Virus record (IMG/VR): IMGVR_UViG_3300037067_009442
Span: 93,721 to 157,720 of that record
Length of the DNA: 64,000 nucleotides
Origin: a virus
Lineage: Duplodnaviria; Heunggongvirae; Uroviricota; Caudoviricetes
Reading direction: 5' to 3' (one strand)
Notes under the pieces: model-generated
The model's database searches: none
The model's input: only the letters and a program-made list of their open reading frames with translations
What the model was told of the DNA's origin: nothing
Shown: positions 9,153 through 18,886 of the stretch, in pieces
Layout: every line of letters begins with the position of its first letter
Position numbering within the stretch: the stretch's first letter is position 1
Program-made: the position numbers and the translations under genes

Positions 9153-9333
9153 GCATGATGCTCCTATTCGAGGTGGAAGGCCATTTACCTATGATCCGAG
9201 TCCCGTCCCAATCGAAGAAGTTCCCGTCGTAGACCTGGGCAACCTGGTACATCTCATAGGTCGGGACCGGAGGCGAGGGCCATAGTTCGGGACGGAAGGC
9301 CTCCCAGTAAGACTCAATGCTATCTTCGGGCAT
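9139..9333 (-). CDS. small protein, acidic-W N-terminal family
   Basis: Starts MPEDSIESYWE; overlaps both neighbours. Confidence 0.65.
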   Translation of the reverse strand: MPEDSIESYWEAFRPELWPSPPVPTYEMYQVAQVYDGNFFDWDGTRIIGKWPSTSNRSIMHVRY

Positions 9334-11017
9334 TGGGAAACCCTAGGCTCAAGTGGACCCTACCATCATCGCTCTGCCAACCCCCGATGCTTGTAGGGCT
9401 CTCGGGAGTATCTACGAAGAGGCTGAACTCAAGCTCAACAGTCCTGACTGCATCCCCTAGGTGATTGGACACTTGACAATGGACACCAAGGTCATTGAAA
9501 AGACCAGCCAAGCGAAGCAAGGTGGCGCTCATCCGATGGTCTTGAAGCCGAGGTGGGAGTCTACTACCTCCCTCAGCTAACCTTCGGTGCTCCTCAGGGG
9601 AGGCGAGTACAGCATCCTCGACCCCTAAGGTTGGGGATGCTGCCGTTATCTGAAGCCTCGTCTCATTACCAGCTGGTCCCACTATGGGCACAGAGCTCAG
9701 CATGAGATTAGTCTCTAATTGAAGATCTTCTTCCGCTGCCCTCTCTGGGGTGAAGTCCATGCGGAGCCCACCGTTCTCTTGGTACTCCCTCACGAGGGAG
9801 CTTCGGGTCCTGACAATTCCGTGAGCTAAGTACCAAGTGGCGTTCTCCCCTACTTGGTAGTGCATCCTCACTGCTTCTCTTTGGCTCATCATCTCGTCGT
9901 TTACTCTCACGAGTGATTCGACATGAGCTCCGTCCCCAAGCCGTTGAATTGCAGCTTGGAAGTTAGGATCCCCACTCAACTGCTGTAGTAGCCCTTGGGT
10001 TAGAGGGGAAGTAGTGACTTCTCGGAGGCGTTGGATCTCTTGAGCTAGTGCAGCTCGGGGTCCATGAAGTTGAGTGCTTGGGACTTGGTTACCAGGGGTT
10101 CCTGGAGCGGGGTGTTGCTCCTCAGTCCACCAAGGGTTGTTGCCGTTTGCAATCCTTTGGTTCATGGCATCTAGTGCAGTACGCTCAGCTTGGGCACCAC
10201 GCTCAGCCTCAATCCAATGAGGTAACCCGCTCTCAATCTCCTGCGTTAGGGTAGCTCGGAGATTGGCCACTGTCTCAGGATTAATTGTAATGCCCCGATC
10301 CCTCATTAGGTTCATGGTGGCAAGGGTACGAGCTTCGAGCTCAGCGTAGTCAACGTTGGGGAGGGATTCGGGTGTGTCTACATCTGGTGCTGACCTAGTA
10401 GACTCCTCAAACTGTTGCTGCAAATGCATCCGTACCCGTGTAATAATGGACTGGTCAACTTCAATGCCCCTCCCTCTTAGCTCATTCAAGTAAGCTTGAA
10501 CGTTCCGCTCGAGCTCGGCGGCGGTCTCACTAGGTAGTGTTTGACTTGTAGGAGGGGCATTAAGGATCTGCTGAAGGCGATCGAGAGCTGCATTTACACT
10601 AGGCTCTTGATTGAGGGCGCTGATAACAGGGTACCCTAAGCGAACCATATCTTCTATCGGCTGCCTCAAACCCCTTCTCTGGATCGCAGTTTCCCAAGGT
10701 CGGATACTCCATGCAAAGCCAGGAGGGAGGGGAGTGTTAGGGATAGGAGTCAGAGTCGCTAGGTACCCCCGAGCATAACGCTCAAGTTCTGATGAAGCAG
10801 GGCCCTGTCCTTGCCCTCGAGTATAGGCATTCCTCAGAAGAGCTGCGGACTCTGAAGGCGCAGAAAAGTCACCCACCTGAAGAGCTGCAGAAGGTGCGGG
10901 AGCATAGCATCGTCGGAGACGGGCAAGCTCAGGGCTGATCTCTTGGGAGATCCCAGGGGGCGCTTCCACGGGAGACGGTCGTAACCCTTCCCAGAACTCT
11001 TCAATGTCTTCCGGCAC
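9320..11017 (-). CDS. large helical hypothetical protein, acidic-W N-terminal family
   Basis: 565 aa; starts MPEDIEEFWE; GTG 10 nt after GGTGTA. Confidence 0.8.
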   Translation of the reverse strand: MPEDIEEFWEGLRPSPVEAPPGISQEISPELARLRRCYAPAPSAALQVGDFSAPSESAALLRNAYTRGQGQGPASSELERYARGYLATLTPIPNTPLPPGFAWSIRPWETAIQRRGLRQPIEDMVRLGYPVISALNQEPSVNAALDRLQQILNAPPTSQTLPSETAAELERNVQAYLNELRGRGIEVDQSIITRVRMHLQQQFEESTRSAPDVDTPESLPNVDYAELEARTLATMNLMRDRGITINPETVANLRATLTQEIESGLPHWIEAERGAQAERTALDAMNQRIANGNNPWWTEEQHPAPGTPGNQVPSTQLHGPRAALAQEIQRLREVTTSPLTQGLLQQLSGDPNFQAAIQRLGDGAHVESLVRVNDEMMSQREAVRMHYQVGENATWYLAHGIVRTRSSLVREYQENGGLRMDFTPERAAEEDLQLETNLMLSSVPIVGPAGNETRLQITAASPTLGVEDAVLASPEEHRRLAEGGSRLPPRLQDHRMSATLLRLAGLFNDLGVHCQVSNHLGDAVRTVELEFSLFVDTPESPTSIGGWQSDDGRVHLSLGFPNARR

Positions 11018-11318
11018 GTCGGGACACTACACCAAAAGGCTCCTCTGTGGTAGGCTCTTCCCCGTGACCACTTCGTGGGCTGAATCAAATTGCAGGGAAT
11101 GCATTCACAAGCCGCACCTTGTCAAGGTTATTGGGGAGTCCTCAGGGTTCTCCACGTGCATCAAGGGGATGCACGTTTACTATTGGTGGCCTTGGGACCG
11201 GTCTGATGTCCCCTTAGAAGTTGAGATAGCACTCCCTGAGGACCGCTCTTGCCCTCACAAGGAGAAGGAACCTCTCACCCGCTTCCAAAGGATCCTCCAA
11301 GAAGATGACAGCCCCTAA
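11004..11318 (+). CDS. four-Cys protein with TRFER tag
   Basis: CRECIH..C..C; ends LTRFQRILQEDDSP*; true start possibly GTG near 11063. Confidence 0.7.
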   Translation: MSSGTSGHYTKRLLCGRLFPVTTSWAESNCRECIHKPHLVKVIGESSGFSTCIKGMHVYYWWPWDRSDVPLEVEIALPEDRSCPHKEKEPLTRFQRILQEDDSP

Positions 11319-11520
11319 CAGCTGCGATGGATGCCTCCACATACCGGCACCCGGCTTTTACAAGGATGGCCTCACCCACTGCCTTGTTCATCGAGAGGTT
11401 CACTACAAGAAGGTGGCAGACGGTACTCACTTTTTTAATCGATCAAACTGGCCCTGTCCTTTCAAGGTAGAACCCAAGACAAGGTTCCAAAGGATCCTCG
11501 AAGAAGATGCCCCTCTGTGA
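11305..11520 (+). CDS. four-Cys protein with TRFER tag
   Basis: CDGCLH..C..C; ends KTRFQRILEEDAPL*. Confidence 0.75.
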   Translation: MTAPNSCDGCLHIPAPGFYKDGLTHCLVHREVHYKKVADGTHFFNRSNWPCPFKVEPKTRFQRILEEDAPL

Positions 11521-11959
11521 TACATGCCAATGGAGGCACCCCGAGAGGGAGAGTGAATACCAGGTCTCTAGGGCAGGCGGTCTTCAGTACCTGTGTTTAG
11601 CCCACCATCGTAGCCCCCTCCTAAGGGCTCTACCAGATGGGACCTACCCAGAGTTCAATCTCTGTGAGGACTATCAGAAGAAGAACTTTGCATGCGAAGC
11701 CTTCAAGTGCAGAGACTGTAGGTATGCCCCTGACTACCCCCTCAAGGGGAGTACCACTAGGACCCCTCAGGACCCTGCCCCTCTCTGGGGACTAGGCTAC
11801 ACGTGTGATCAAGGATATCATGTGAAGCCTACCTGGGATGCCCTACCTGATGGCTCCTACCTATCCACCCTCCTACGTTGGCCCCCTGTAGAGGATGAGT
11901 GCTTCTCCTACCTACCTGTGGAGAGGCTCACTCGCTTCGCTCGTATCTTGGCTGAGTAA
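11507..11959 (+). CDS. tandem four-Cys protein with TRFER tag
   Basis: Two CxxC-led units; ends LTRFARILAE*. Confidence 0.75.
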   Translation: MPLCDTCQWRHPERESEYQVSRAGGLQYLCLAHHRSPLLRALPDGTYPEFNLCEDYQKKNFACEAFKCRDCRYAPDYPLKGSTTRTPQDPAPLWGLGYTCDQGYHVKPTWDALPDGSYLSTLLRWPPVEDECFSYLPVERLTRFARILAE

Positions 11960-12082
11960 CCAAGAGCCCTACAGTTACCCTGCAATGCTAGGCCCTACCC
12001 AACAGGGGTAGTGGCATGAGCCTTGCCTTGTATGCTCTTCCAACTACAGCATACACACGAGCCCTAGTATTACTACACAACG

Positions 12083-12136
12083 CACACACTACACACAGTT
12101 GAGCCCATATAACACAGTGCTTGTGTGTAGTGTGTG
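12083..12136. repeat. 15-bp inverted repeat CACACACTACACACA / TGTGTGTAGTGTGTG
   Basis: Perfect arms at 12083-12097 and 12122-12136 in an ~830-bp gene-poor region. Confidence 0.85.
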
Positions 12137-12792
12137 AAGCAAGAGAAGTCTTTGTGTGGCTTAATGTTCAAACTGTATGCCAACACACGCCCGCAAGGGG
12201 CGTGCCAACGGGCCCACAATTTTATACAAATTCGCTTCATTATCATACCGGCTGGCCTATAACCCCTTAAATCCGCGTATTCAATACCCGTGCGATAGGA
12301 ATACCGTGGTAGGGGTAATTGCCTGGAAATACCTTTACCCCTTCGGGGTGGGGTCTCTCGATGGCCCCGAGTAGGACCCCTACCCCTTTATTTTAGGGCA
12401 TTTTCAAAATCCTAGACCTTGGCCTCGATTTTGAAAATTCTGGCCCGGTGGAGTATTTTTCCGAAAAGGGTAATTAACTCAGGGTTCGGGGCAAGAGCCT
12501 TTGCATGGCTCGTGGGAGGGGTCAGGAGAGGTGCAGGACTCTGGGGGTGCAGGAGAGTGACAGGGCTCGGGGCAGGCGTCCTTGAGGCAACTGGCAATGG
12601 GCAGTGACCTTTCTACTCGAGGGATTGGGGTCACCAGTGAGGGGTTCATGGCGGTGAGGGGTCTTCTGGTTCGGGTACAGGTTCACGACGGGCTAGGACC
12701 GTCCCCCATGAAGATGGGACCCAATGGGCGGGACCCGATTTCCGATTTGTCATGGGGCGGTTTAATTTTTTGGGGATCCTACGGATCCTGCT

Positions 12793-13998
12793 ATGGTCCA
12801 TAGCGTGTCAAGTAGAGGAAAGGGCAAAAGGGAAGAGAGTAGAAGTAACCTCTTAGGTATTGATGTCCCTCACGACCGGTTTTCGAAAAGGGAAGCTACA
12901 AAGTTGGGGGTGTCAATCGAAGACTACCTCAAGGCCAAAGCTTTGGGACAGCGTTACTGTCGCGTCCATGGACTCCAAGACCTCAAGGGGTACAACGTTA
13001 CAGGTAAGAAGGAGACTCACTACCAGTGTAAGAAGTGCGCAGCTGACCGAAAGAAAACTCATCCGGAAGTTTACTCCCGCTTAGCAAGGGAAAGAAGTCG
13101 TAGGGTTCGGAGAGAGGTTCTTGAGCACTACTCCCCAGATTTAGTTTGCTCCATCTGTGGAGAAGGGCACTACGAGTTCCTGTGTTTGGACCATATCAAT
13201 GGTGGAGGGGCAGAGCATCGGAGATCGAGAGGTGACTTCTACTGGGTGAGTTTCAAGAGGGAAGGGTGGCCATCGGGGTTCCGAGTTCTGTGTTACAACT
13301 GCAACCTGAAGCATGGGTGCAGGGACTTCTATGGGACAGGAGCGGTGAACCGAAAGATTTCGGATGACCCTTCAGAGCTCGCGGCCATGACTCCTCGGGA
13401 ACGGGCAAGTGTCCTCTTCAGATTGAGGCACCCAGACAAGATGGCAGAGCACGTCAAGAAAGCTCAGGTGAAGTTGAAGGCGGACGTGATGCTTCACTAT
13501 GGTGGCAAGTGTGCTTGCTGTGGGACTGACGACCTAGAGGTTCTGAGCATCGACCACATCAACAACGATGGGGCTACTCACCGGCGGGAGCTTCGAGCTC
13601 GAGGAGAGAGGTTCAGTTACAACTGGCTGAAGAAGAATGGGTACCCTCCTGGGTTCCAGCCTCTCTGTATGAACTGCAATTCGGCCAAGGGTCACTGGGG
13701 AGAGTGCCCTCATTGTCGGGAGGGTTCTTCGGTTGGACCATCAGAGCGACCGGTTGAGTACCTTCGGACTTCGGAGGCGAGCAGTTTGGCTCACGCAGCT
13801 CGGAGGGATGAGGGGAAGCGGGAGAAGGCCATTCGGGAGTTCTCGGAGGCCTACACGGCAATCCAGAACAGTGGGCCTAGGCAGGTAGCGGCGATAAGTC
13901 GGAGGCTGGGGATCTCTCAGGGTATTCTTACGAGGATCTTGAGGGGGACTCACTGGTCGTGTCGATTCCTGGTTGAGAATCAGGCAGTTGATACGTAG
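12793..13998 (+). CDS. HNH endonuclease with two HNH/zinc modules and C-terminal HTH
   Basis: CSICG..LDHINGGG..HRR..LCYNCN and CACCG..IDHINNDG..HRR..LCMNCNSAK. Confidence 0.8.
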   Translation: MVHSVSSRGKGKREESRSNLLGIDVPHDRFSKREATKLGVSIEDYLKAKALGQRYCRVHGLQDLKGYNVTGKKETHYQCKKCAADRKKTHPEVYSRLARERSRRVRREVLEHYSPDLVCSICGEGHYEFLCLDHINGGGAEHRRSRGDFYWVSFKREGWPSGFRVLCYNCNLKHGCRDFYGTGAVNRKISDDPSELAAMTPRERASVLFRLRHPDKMAEHVKKAQVKLKADVMLHYGGKCACCGTDDLEVLSIDHINNDGATHRRELRARGERFSYNWLKKNGYPPGFQPLCMNCNSAKGHWGECPHCREGSSVGPSERPVEYLRTSEASSLAHAARRDEGKREKAIREFSEAYTAIQNSGPRQVAAISRRLGISQGILTRILRGTHWSCRFLVENQAVDT

Positions 13999-14001
13999 GA
14001 T
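13973..14001 (+). promoter_or_regulatory. sigma70-type promoter, leaderless
   Basis: TTGAGA-N17-TAGGAT; ATG 14007. Confidence 0.8.
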
Positions 14002-14006
14002 AGATC

Positions 14007-15074
14007 ATGGCCGCCCCGAAGTCCAAGCCCTACGGAGTCATCTACCTTGTCACCTGCAAAGTGAATGGCAAGAAGTACGTGGGTCAGACTAAGTTTACTC
14101 TAAAAAAGAGATGGGGAGAGCACCTCAAGAAAACGAAGTCAGGGTGCCAACTATACTTCCATAATGCTATTAGAAAGTATGGGGTAGGTAACTTCAGTTG
14201 CTTGGAGCTTGAGGTATGCCAAAGTGAAAACCTCAATGCAGCTGAGTCCAAGTGGATTGCCTACTACGATTGCCAGTACCCTAATGGGTACAACCTAACG
14301 AGTGGGGGAGAGGTTTTTACCTTCTCACCTGAGGTAGTAGCAAGAATCTCATCTAGTCTAGTTAGATTTTATGCGGAGCACCCTGAAGCTAAAGAAGCTG
14401 TCTCTGTCAGACTTCAAAAAATCTTCTCTGAGTCTCAAGCACGTCAGGATCAATCCCGAAGGATTACTAAGTTCTTTTTGGAGCACCCTGAAGCTAAGGT
14501 AAGTCTATCTAACAGTCTTATTCGATTTCACGAAGAGCACCCTGAAGCTGGTTTGGAGCAATCAAGGAAGCTTACCCACTTCTGGAGTAACTCAAGGGTG
14601 CGGAGGAACCACTCGACTAAGTTACTCAAGTACAATGCAAGTCACCCAGATAAGAGGGGTCGCCACTCTGAAGTAATGCGCAAGATATGCAGTGACTCGA
14701 CTTATAGGAGTAGGTTATCCCTCATTAGCTTACAGTACAATACAAGTCACCCGGAAAAGGGGCACAACCACTCAGTTGTAATGAGAGAGATTGGTACATC
14801 CCTTTCATATAAACGAAAACAGTCCAAGGCTCAAAAGAAATCATACCTTGAACACCCAGAGCGGCATAAGGTAGCTAAGGATAGTTTGGATCGAGGAAGG
14901 GAGACAAGGTGGGGTCAGCATCGATTAGAGCAGGCCTCCAAGCTAGCGGCGGTAAGGGCGGCAGTCGAGAGTCGAGGATCTACCACTCTAGTAGAGATTT
15001 CTACTGAGTTTGGGGTTTCCCTGAGAACTATAGCAAGAATTAAAGACGGAACTCATTGGGTGTGCCATAGGTAG
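14007..15074 (+). CDS. GIY-YIG homing endonuclease (Seg-like)
   Basis: GVIYLVT...KYVGQT...RW.EH...AIRKYG..NF..E...NGYN; repeated EHPEA-type helices; C-terminal HTH. Confidence 0.9.
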   Translation: MAAPKSKPYGVIYLVTCKVNGKKYVGQTKFTLKKRWGEHLKKTKSGCQLYFHNAIRKYGVGNFSCLELEVCQSENLNAAESKWIAYYDCQYPNGYNLTSGGEVFTFSPEVVARISSSLVRFYAEHPEAKEAVSVRLQKIFSESQARQDQSRRITKFFLEHPEAKVSLSNSLIRFHEEHPEAGLEQSRKLTHFWSNSRVRRNHSTKLLKYNASHPDKRGRHSEVMRKICSDSTYRSRLSLISLQYNTSHPEKGHNHSVVMREIGTSLSYKRKQSKAQKKSYLEHPERHKVAKDSLDRGRETRWGQHRLEQASKLAAVRAAVESRGSTTLVEISTEFGVSLRTIARIKDGTHWVCHR

Positions 15075-15077
15075 GTC

Positions 15078-15809
15078 ATGGGAGATCTTGATTTTATCCA
15101 GATCCGTAAGCTAGTAGTGAAGGAACTAGTCAAGTTGGTAGGGCTCCACCAAAGTCAAACCAACTCTAACTCAGTATTTGATGGGGTTAGGTCGTCTATC
15201 CTTGACTTAGGCTCCACTCGTGATGACCTTGAGAGATACTCACTCTTCTCTACTGTAGGTCAATACTCAGGTCTTACTAGAAAAGAGGTGTTACTTAGAG
15301 ATCAAGTCTTAGACTCTCTATCCTGGTGTCAAACCCGAAATTGGGTCTACTTAACTGGAGAAAGTAGACAATTTATTGAGGTAACTAATACAGGCTGGGG
15401 AGTTTTCTCCCATGATACTGAATCACTCAACTACGAGGATATTACTGTGACCCTAAACAACAATTCAGGTAATGTATCTATTGGTAACTCTGCACCAGTT
15501 ACTCAATCAATAACTCAAGAAGACAAGGGGTTGCTCAAAACCTTCGGTTTATTGTGGAAGGGGATGCATATCGCATGGAAGATCTTGATTGGGTTGGTCG
15601 TCTTGCTGGTGGGGGTTCCGCTAGCAATCGGGTTCTTCACGGGGTTTGCCCTCAAGGCCAAGGAGGTTGAATCCCACCAAGCAGTGGTGGCAGAGGTGAC
15701 ATCTCAGAGAGCGGCAGCTGAAGACAAGCTTGCTCGGCTCAAGAAGGAGTACGAAGCGGCGGAGGCTCGGGAGGTTGAGTTGAAGGCCTCCTTGAATAAG
15801 AAGCCCTAA
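15078..15809 (+). CDS. membrane protein with C-terminal coiled coil
   Basis: Hydrophobic ILIGLVVLLVGVPLAIGFFTGFAL followed by charged helix. Confidence 0.7.
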   Translation: MGDLDFIQIRKLVVKELVKLVGLHQSQTNSNSVFDGVRSSILDLGSTRDDLERYSLFSTVGQYSGLTRKEVLLRDQVLDSLSWCQTRNWVYLTGESRQFIEVTNTGWGVFSHDTESLNYEDITVTLNNNSGNVSIGNSAPVTQSITQEDKGLLKTFGLLWKGMHIAWKILIGLVVLLVGVPLAIGFFTGFALKAKEVESHQAVVAEVTSQRAAAEDKLARLKKEYEAAEAREVELKASLNKKP

Positions 15810-15860
15810 TTTTCGCTCCATGGGGCGGGCCCTGATGGTAGGCCTCCTCAAAGAAACTGG

Positions 15861-15889
15861 TTGAGATCCTAGACCCTCGTACGTAGGAT
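15861..15889 (+). promoter_or_regulatory. sigma70-type promoter, leaderless
   Basis: TTGAGA-N17-TAGGAT; ATG 15895. Confidence 0.85.
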
Positions 15890-15894
15890 AGGGT

Positions 15895-16140
15895 ATGGAA
15901 GCTCAATTCGCGGTAATCGGGACGGACGGAACTCGGCCAGTTGTCTGGGGTATTGGTACAGATCCTGAGGTGGCCATGGAGGAGGCACAGGGTAACCTGA
16001 TTGATGCGGGGTGTGACTACGCGGAGGATTTGTTGACGGTCTCGGTGACTTCAGAGCAGGCGGAGTTGATTTCGGGTGGGGAGGTCAGTACGGAGGCTCT
16101 TGGGATTGAGTTACCAGCGGCTTGGCTGGAGAGTCAATGA
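15895..16140 (+). CDS. hypothetical protein, paralogue of 16614..17033
   Basis: IGTDGT.PV.WG.G motif in both. Confidence 0.8.
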   Translation: MEAQFAVIGTDGTRPVVWGIGTDPEVAMEEAQGNLIDAGCDYAEDLLTVSVTSEQAELISGGEVSTEALGIELPAAWLESQ

Positions 16141-16337
16141 GCCAGGTCGACGCTGACTCGTTCTACAAGATGACGGGGGAGAGACCTTCGGGGGATGACC
16201 TCGACCGATGCAACTGCTTGAAGGCGGGCACTCTCGGCCATCTTACTTGTGGGGTATGCGAGCACAATCAACCTGTCTTCAGGTGTGAGAGCTGCGCCTC
16301 AAAGAATTTTGTTGAGAATCAGGGGCCTCGTACGTAG
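16137..16337 (+). CDS. small Cys-rich protein
   Basis: ATGA overlap with upstream gene; CNC..H..CGVC..C..C. Confidence 0.65.
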   Translation: MSQVDADSFYKMTGERPSGDDLDRCNCLKAGTLGHLTCGVCEHNQPVFRCESCASKNFVENQGPRT

Positions 16338-16340
16338 GAT
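16312..16340 (+). promoter_or_regulatory. sigma70-type promoter, leaderless
   Basis: TTGAGA-N17-TAGGAT; ATG 16347. Confidence 0.8.
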
Positions 16341-16346
16341 GAGGGT

Positions 16347-16604
16347 ATGACAGCCACATCAGAGACTTCACGGCCACCCTCCCTTCGGGAGCCGGCGTTG
16401 AACCATGCTGAGATGATAACCTGGGGGAAGAAGCTTTGGGCTGAGGCCTATGAAGTTGACCGGATTCATCTTGAGGAGGCAGTCCCGGCTATTCTGGGTG
16501 ACACTCAGGTGAATGGGATCTTCGTGTGGGATAATCTGACAGCAAGGCAGCTTCAGCGGTTGAACGAAGTGATGTTCCGGATAGCTCGGTTCAGCTCGGT
16601 GTAG
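16347..16604 (+). CDS. hypothetical protein
   Basis: Start defined by promoter. Confidence 0.7.
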   Translation: MTATSETSRPPSLREPALNHAEMITWGKKLWAEAYEVDRIHLEEAVPAILGDTQVNGIFVWDNLTARQLQRLNEVMFRIARFSSV

Positions 16605-16613
16605 GCTCACCTC

Positions 16614-17033
16614 ATGGATCCAGAGCAGTACGCTACGATTGGGACGGACGGAACCAACCCAGTGATTTGGGGTCTGGGGTTAAGCCCTGAGCTGGCGTTA
16701 GGGGATGCGGAGTCGGAGTTACGGGCAGTTGGCCATTGGGGTAGGAGGGTTTGGGCTCTGGACTTATTGACAGTGGTCATAACGGCGGAACAAGCTCAAA
16801 AGATTGGGTTACTCCGAGGGGTTACGACTGCCGAGTCACTCGGGGTCAAGTTACCCGATCACTGGTTGAAGGATCATGGGCCTAAGGTCAGCGCCTACCC
16901 GGAGTCTCTGACATTGGAAGAGGAATCCCCTTGGTACTACGTAGAGGGGGTCCGCTATTGCAAGGTGTGTCGGACGAGAAGGTGTGAGAAGCAAGTAGGT
17001 GGAATGTTGAAGTGCCCACCAGAGAAGGTGTAG
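16614..17033 (+). CDS. hypothetical protein, paralogue of 15895..16140
   Basis: Shared N-terminal domain; ATG 10 nt after GGTGTA. Confidence 0.75.
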   Translation: MDPEQYATIGTDGTNPVIWGLGLSPELALGDAESELRAVGHWGRRVWALDLLTVVITAEQAQKIGLLRGVTTAESLGVKLPDHWLKDHGPKVSAYPESLTLEEESPWYYVEGVRYCKVCRTRRCEKQVGGMLKCPPEKV

Positions 17034-17097
17034 TTCCCATCATGCCGACACCCAATCTGATCCCAGGACCTGAGGAAGCGCTTCAGTTAGTACTACC

Positions 17098-17388
17098 GTG
17101 AAAGATTTGAGGAGTCAGGTGGTCCGAGTAGGGGATAAGGTGGCCTTTGCGATGAATTCGTACAAGGAGTACCTTGGTCTTGGGATCGTCTTGGAGGTAC
17201 TTCCTGAGGAGGAGCATCCTCGGGAGCCGGGGAGGGTGGTTCCCTCCCGGTTGAAGGTCACGGTTATGAGCTCTTCGAATAGTCTAGGACCAAAGCCTGG
17301 GGATGTGGTTACTCTGGGGAATGCGTTTCGTCGGGCGTATGGCCCTGGGGCTCGACTGGACACGGTTTTTGTTTACGAGCGGGGTTGA
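17098..17388 (+). CDS. hypothetical protein (SH3/KOW-like)
   Basis: VRVGDKVAF...GIVLEV pattern. Confidence 0.55.
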   Translation: MKDLRSQVVRVGDKVAFAMNSYKEYLGLGIVLEVLPEEEHPREPGRVVPSRLKVTVMSSSNSLGPKPGDVVTLGNAFRRAYGPGARLDTVFVYERG

Positions 17389-17858
17389 GATCCGCAGTCA
17401 AAGCGTCTATTGACCAGCTTCTTCTTTCTCCAAGCTTGCCATCGAGGGTCACGGTACAACCACCAGTGGCAAATCAGGTTGTGATCCTCTTCCTCTTCCA
17501 GCCTTGGTTTGAGCTTGGTAATCCAGTAGAAACCCATGGCCCTCTTCTTGATCCCCCTGGTAGTCTTATTGAAGCTACCGATCACCCTGAGCCAGTACTC
17601 AATCTCGATGCCGAGACGGCGGTTGAGGAACTCTTCGATGGGTTCAGAGTCGAAGACGATTTGGGAGCCGTCGTAGGCGTACTGGCTAGGCGTGATGTTC
17701 GGCAGATTGTACTTGAAGGCAAGCTCACGCACCGACGCAAAAAATGCTTCCCTGTCTTCAGCAGTCTTGGGAAACAGGCACATCACCAGCTCGTGCTCCT
17801 GAGCGGTCAACGTTACCCCTGTACCGTACCAACGATCTGGTTTACTATCCTCAGGCAT
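17373..17858 (-). CDS. hypothetical protein
   Basis: 161-aa ORF, convergent with 17098..17388. Confidence 0.6.
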   Translation of the reverse strand: MPEDSKPDRWYGTGVTLTAQEHELVMCLFPKTAEDREAFFASVRELAFKYNLPNITPSQYAYDGSQIVFDSEPIEEFLNRRLGIEIEYWLRVIGSFNKTTRGIKKRAMGFYWITKLKPRLEEEEDHNLICHWWLYRDPRWQAWRKKKLVNRRFDCGSQPRS

Positions 17859-18010
17859 TAGCAGACCCTACGGTCAGACAGGATGGTACCGGAGGAGGTT
17901 TGGTAGAGGTGGCAAGCCTGACGAGGGATTCGTCTTTGATGTGGAGCATGGGACTAGGTACACCTGGGAAGCCTTGACAAGGGTCTTGTATTGTACGAAG
18001 GTACTCTGCC

Positions 18011-18433
18011 TTGATGCCTGACCTACCAATACCTGAGACAGAACGGGAAGCCATTCGAGCATGGGCACCTCGATGCTATGCCTGTGGGGAGATCGCTCGT
18101 TACCAAACGGTTACTCCTAAAGGGTCTACCGCTTGGGTTTTTACTAACGGGCTACTGAGTAAGATTGAGTTCATAGAAGGTGATGGGGAGTCTGCTGCGG
18201 ACTCTGCCCTTCGTGTAGCTTTGATCTGGTCTGGGTGGCTTAATTCCCTAGGTCTTTACCCTGGGATTGACCACCATAAGAGGCCTGAGATTCAGAACCA
18301 GTATTACTGTGAGAAGCACATTCACCCTGAAGCAAAGATCCTACCTTACTTGGACCTTCTCCTAACTCTGATTGGGGGAGAGCGTCCTGAGTGTCCGACT
18401 CGGTTTGAAAGGATGCTAGAAGAAGATGCCTAA
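18011..18433 (+). CDS. zinc-finger-like protein with TRFER tag
   Basis: CYACG...YYCEKH; ends CPTRFERMLEEDA*; paralogue of next gene. Confidence 0.8.
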   Translation: MMPDLPIPETEREAIRAWAPRCYACGEIARYQTVTPKGSTAWVFTNGLLSKIEFIEGDGESAADSALRVALIWSGWLNSLGLYPGIDHHKRPEIQNQYYCEKHIHPEAKILPYLDLLLTLIGGERPECPTRFERMLEEDA

Positions 18434-18839
18434 GACGAAACTAGAAGCCATTCGGGCTTGGGCCTCTCGATGCTACATTTGCGGGGATATAGCCACTTTC
18501 AGGTCTGCGAGTATCATACTTCAAGGTGATGAGTGGCTCTTTACCAATGGTGCGCTAAAGATGAGCGAGTTCATAGGGGGGAGTGAGGATCAGATCCCTA
18601 TCCTTGTGGCAGAGAGAGCTCAGCGTTGGTCTAGAGAACTAGAGGCTCTTGGTCTCCCCTTTGTGGTCTACTGGAATAAGATACCACTAGGTGGCTTCCG
18701 TTGGTACTACTGCGAGGAGCACAGGGATTCCTCGAGTGAAGCCTTGTATTACCGAGACCTGCTTCTACCCCCACCTCAAGTAGAAGCAGAGCATCCTAAG
18801 TGTCTGACCCGGTTTGAACGAATGCTCGAAGACGAGTAG
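18426..18839 (+). CDS. zinc-finger-like protein with TRFER tag
   Basis: CYICG...YYCEEH; ends CLTRFERMLEDE*. Confidence 0.8.
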   Translation: MPKTKLEAIRAWASRCYICGDIATFRSASIILQGDEWLFTNGALKMSEFIGGSEDQIPILVAERAQRWSRELEALGLPFVVYWNKIPLGGFRWYYCEEHRDSSSEALYYRDLLLPPPQVEAEHPKCLTRFERMLEDE

Positions 18840-18886
18840 GAAGCACTGCAATGAAACAGTCAGTACGACAAGTCCACGGAGTGTAA

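Noticed and set aside
12177-12803. Short ORFs in the track as real genes
   Set aside because: Low-complexity, overlapping on both strands, and without promoter motifs or family signatures.
12793-15074. Group I intron or intein hosting the nucleases
   Set aside because: No interrupted host gene or splice motifs seen; the GIY-YIG has its own promoter, so both are treated as free-standing.
17385-17415. Additional promoter at GTTGAGATCC
   Set aside because: The -35 box is present but the position 17 nt downstream reads TATTGA and no start codon follows.
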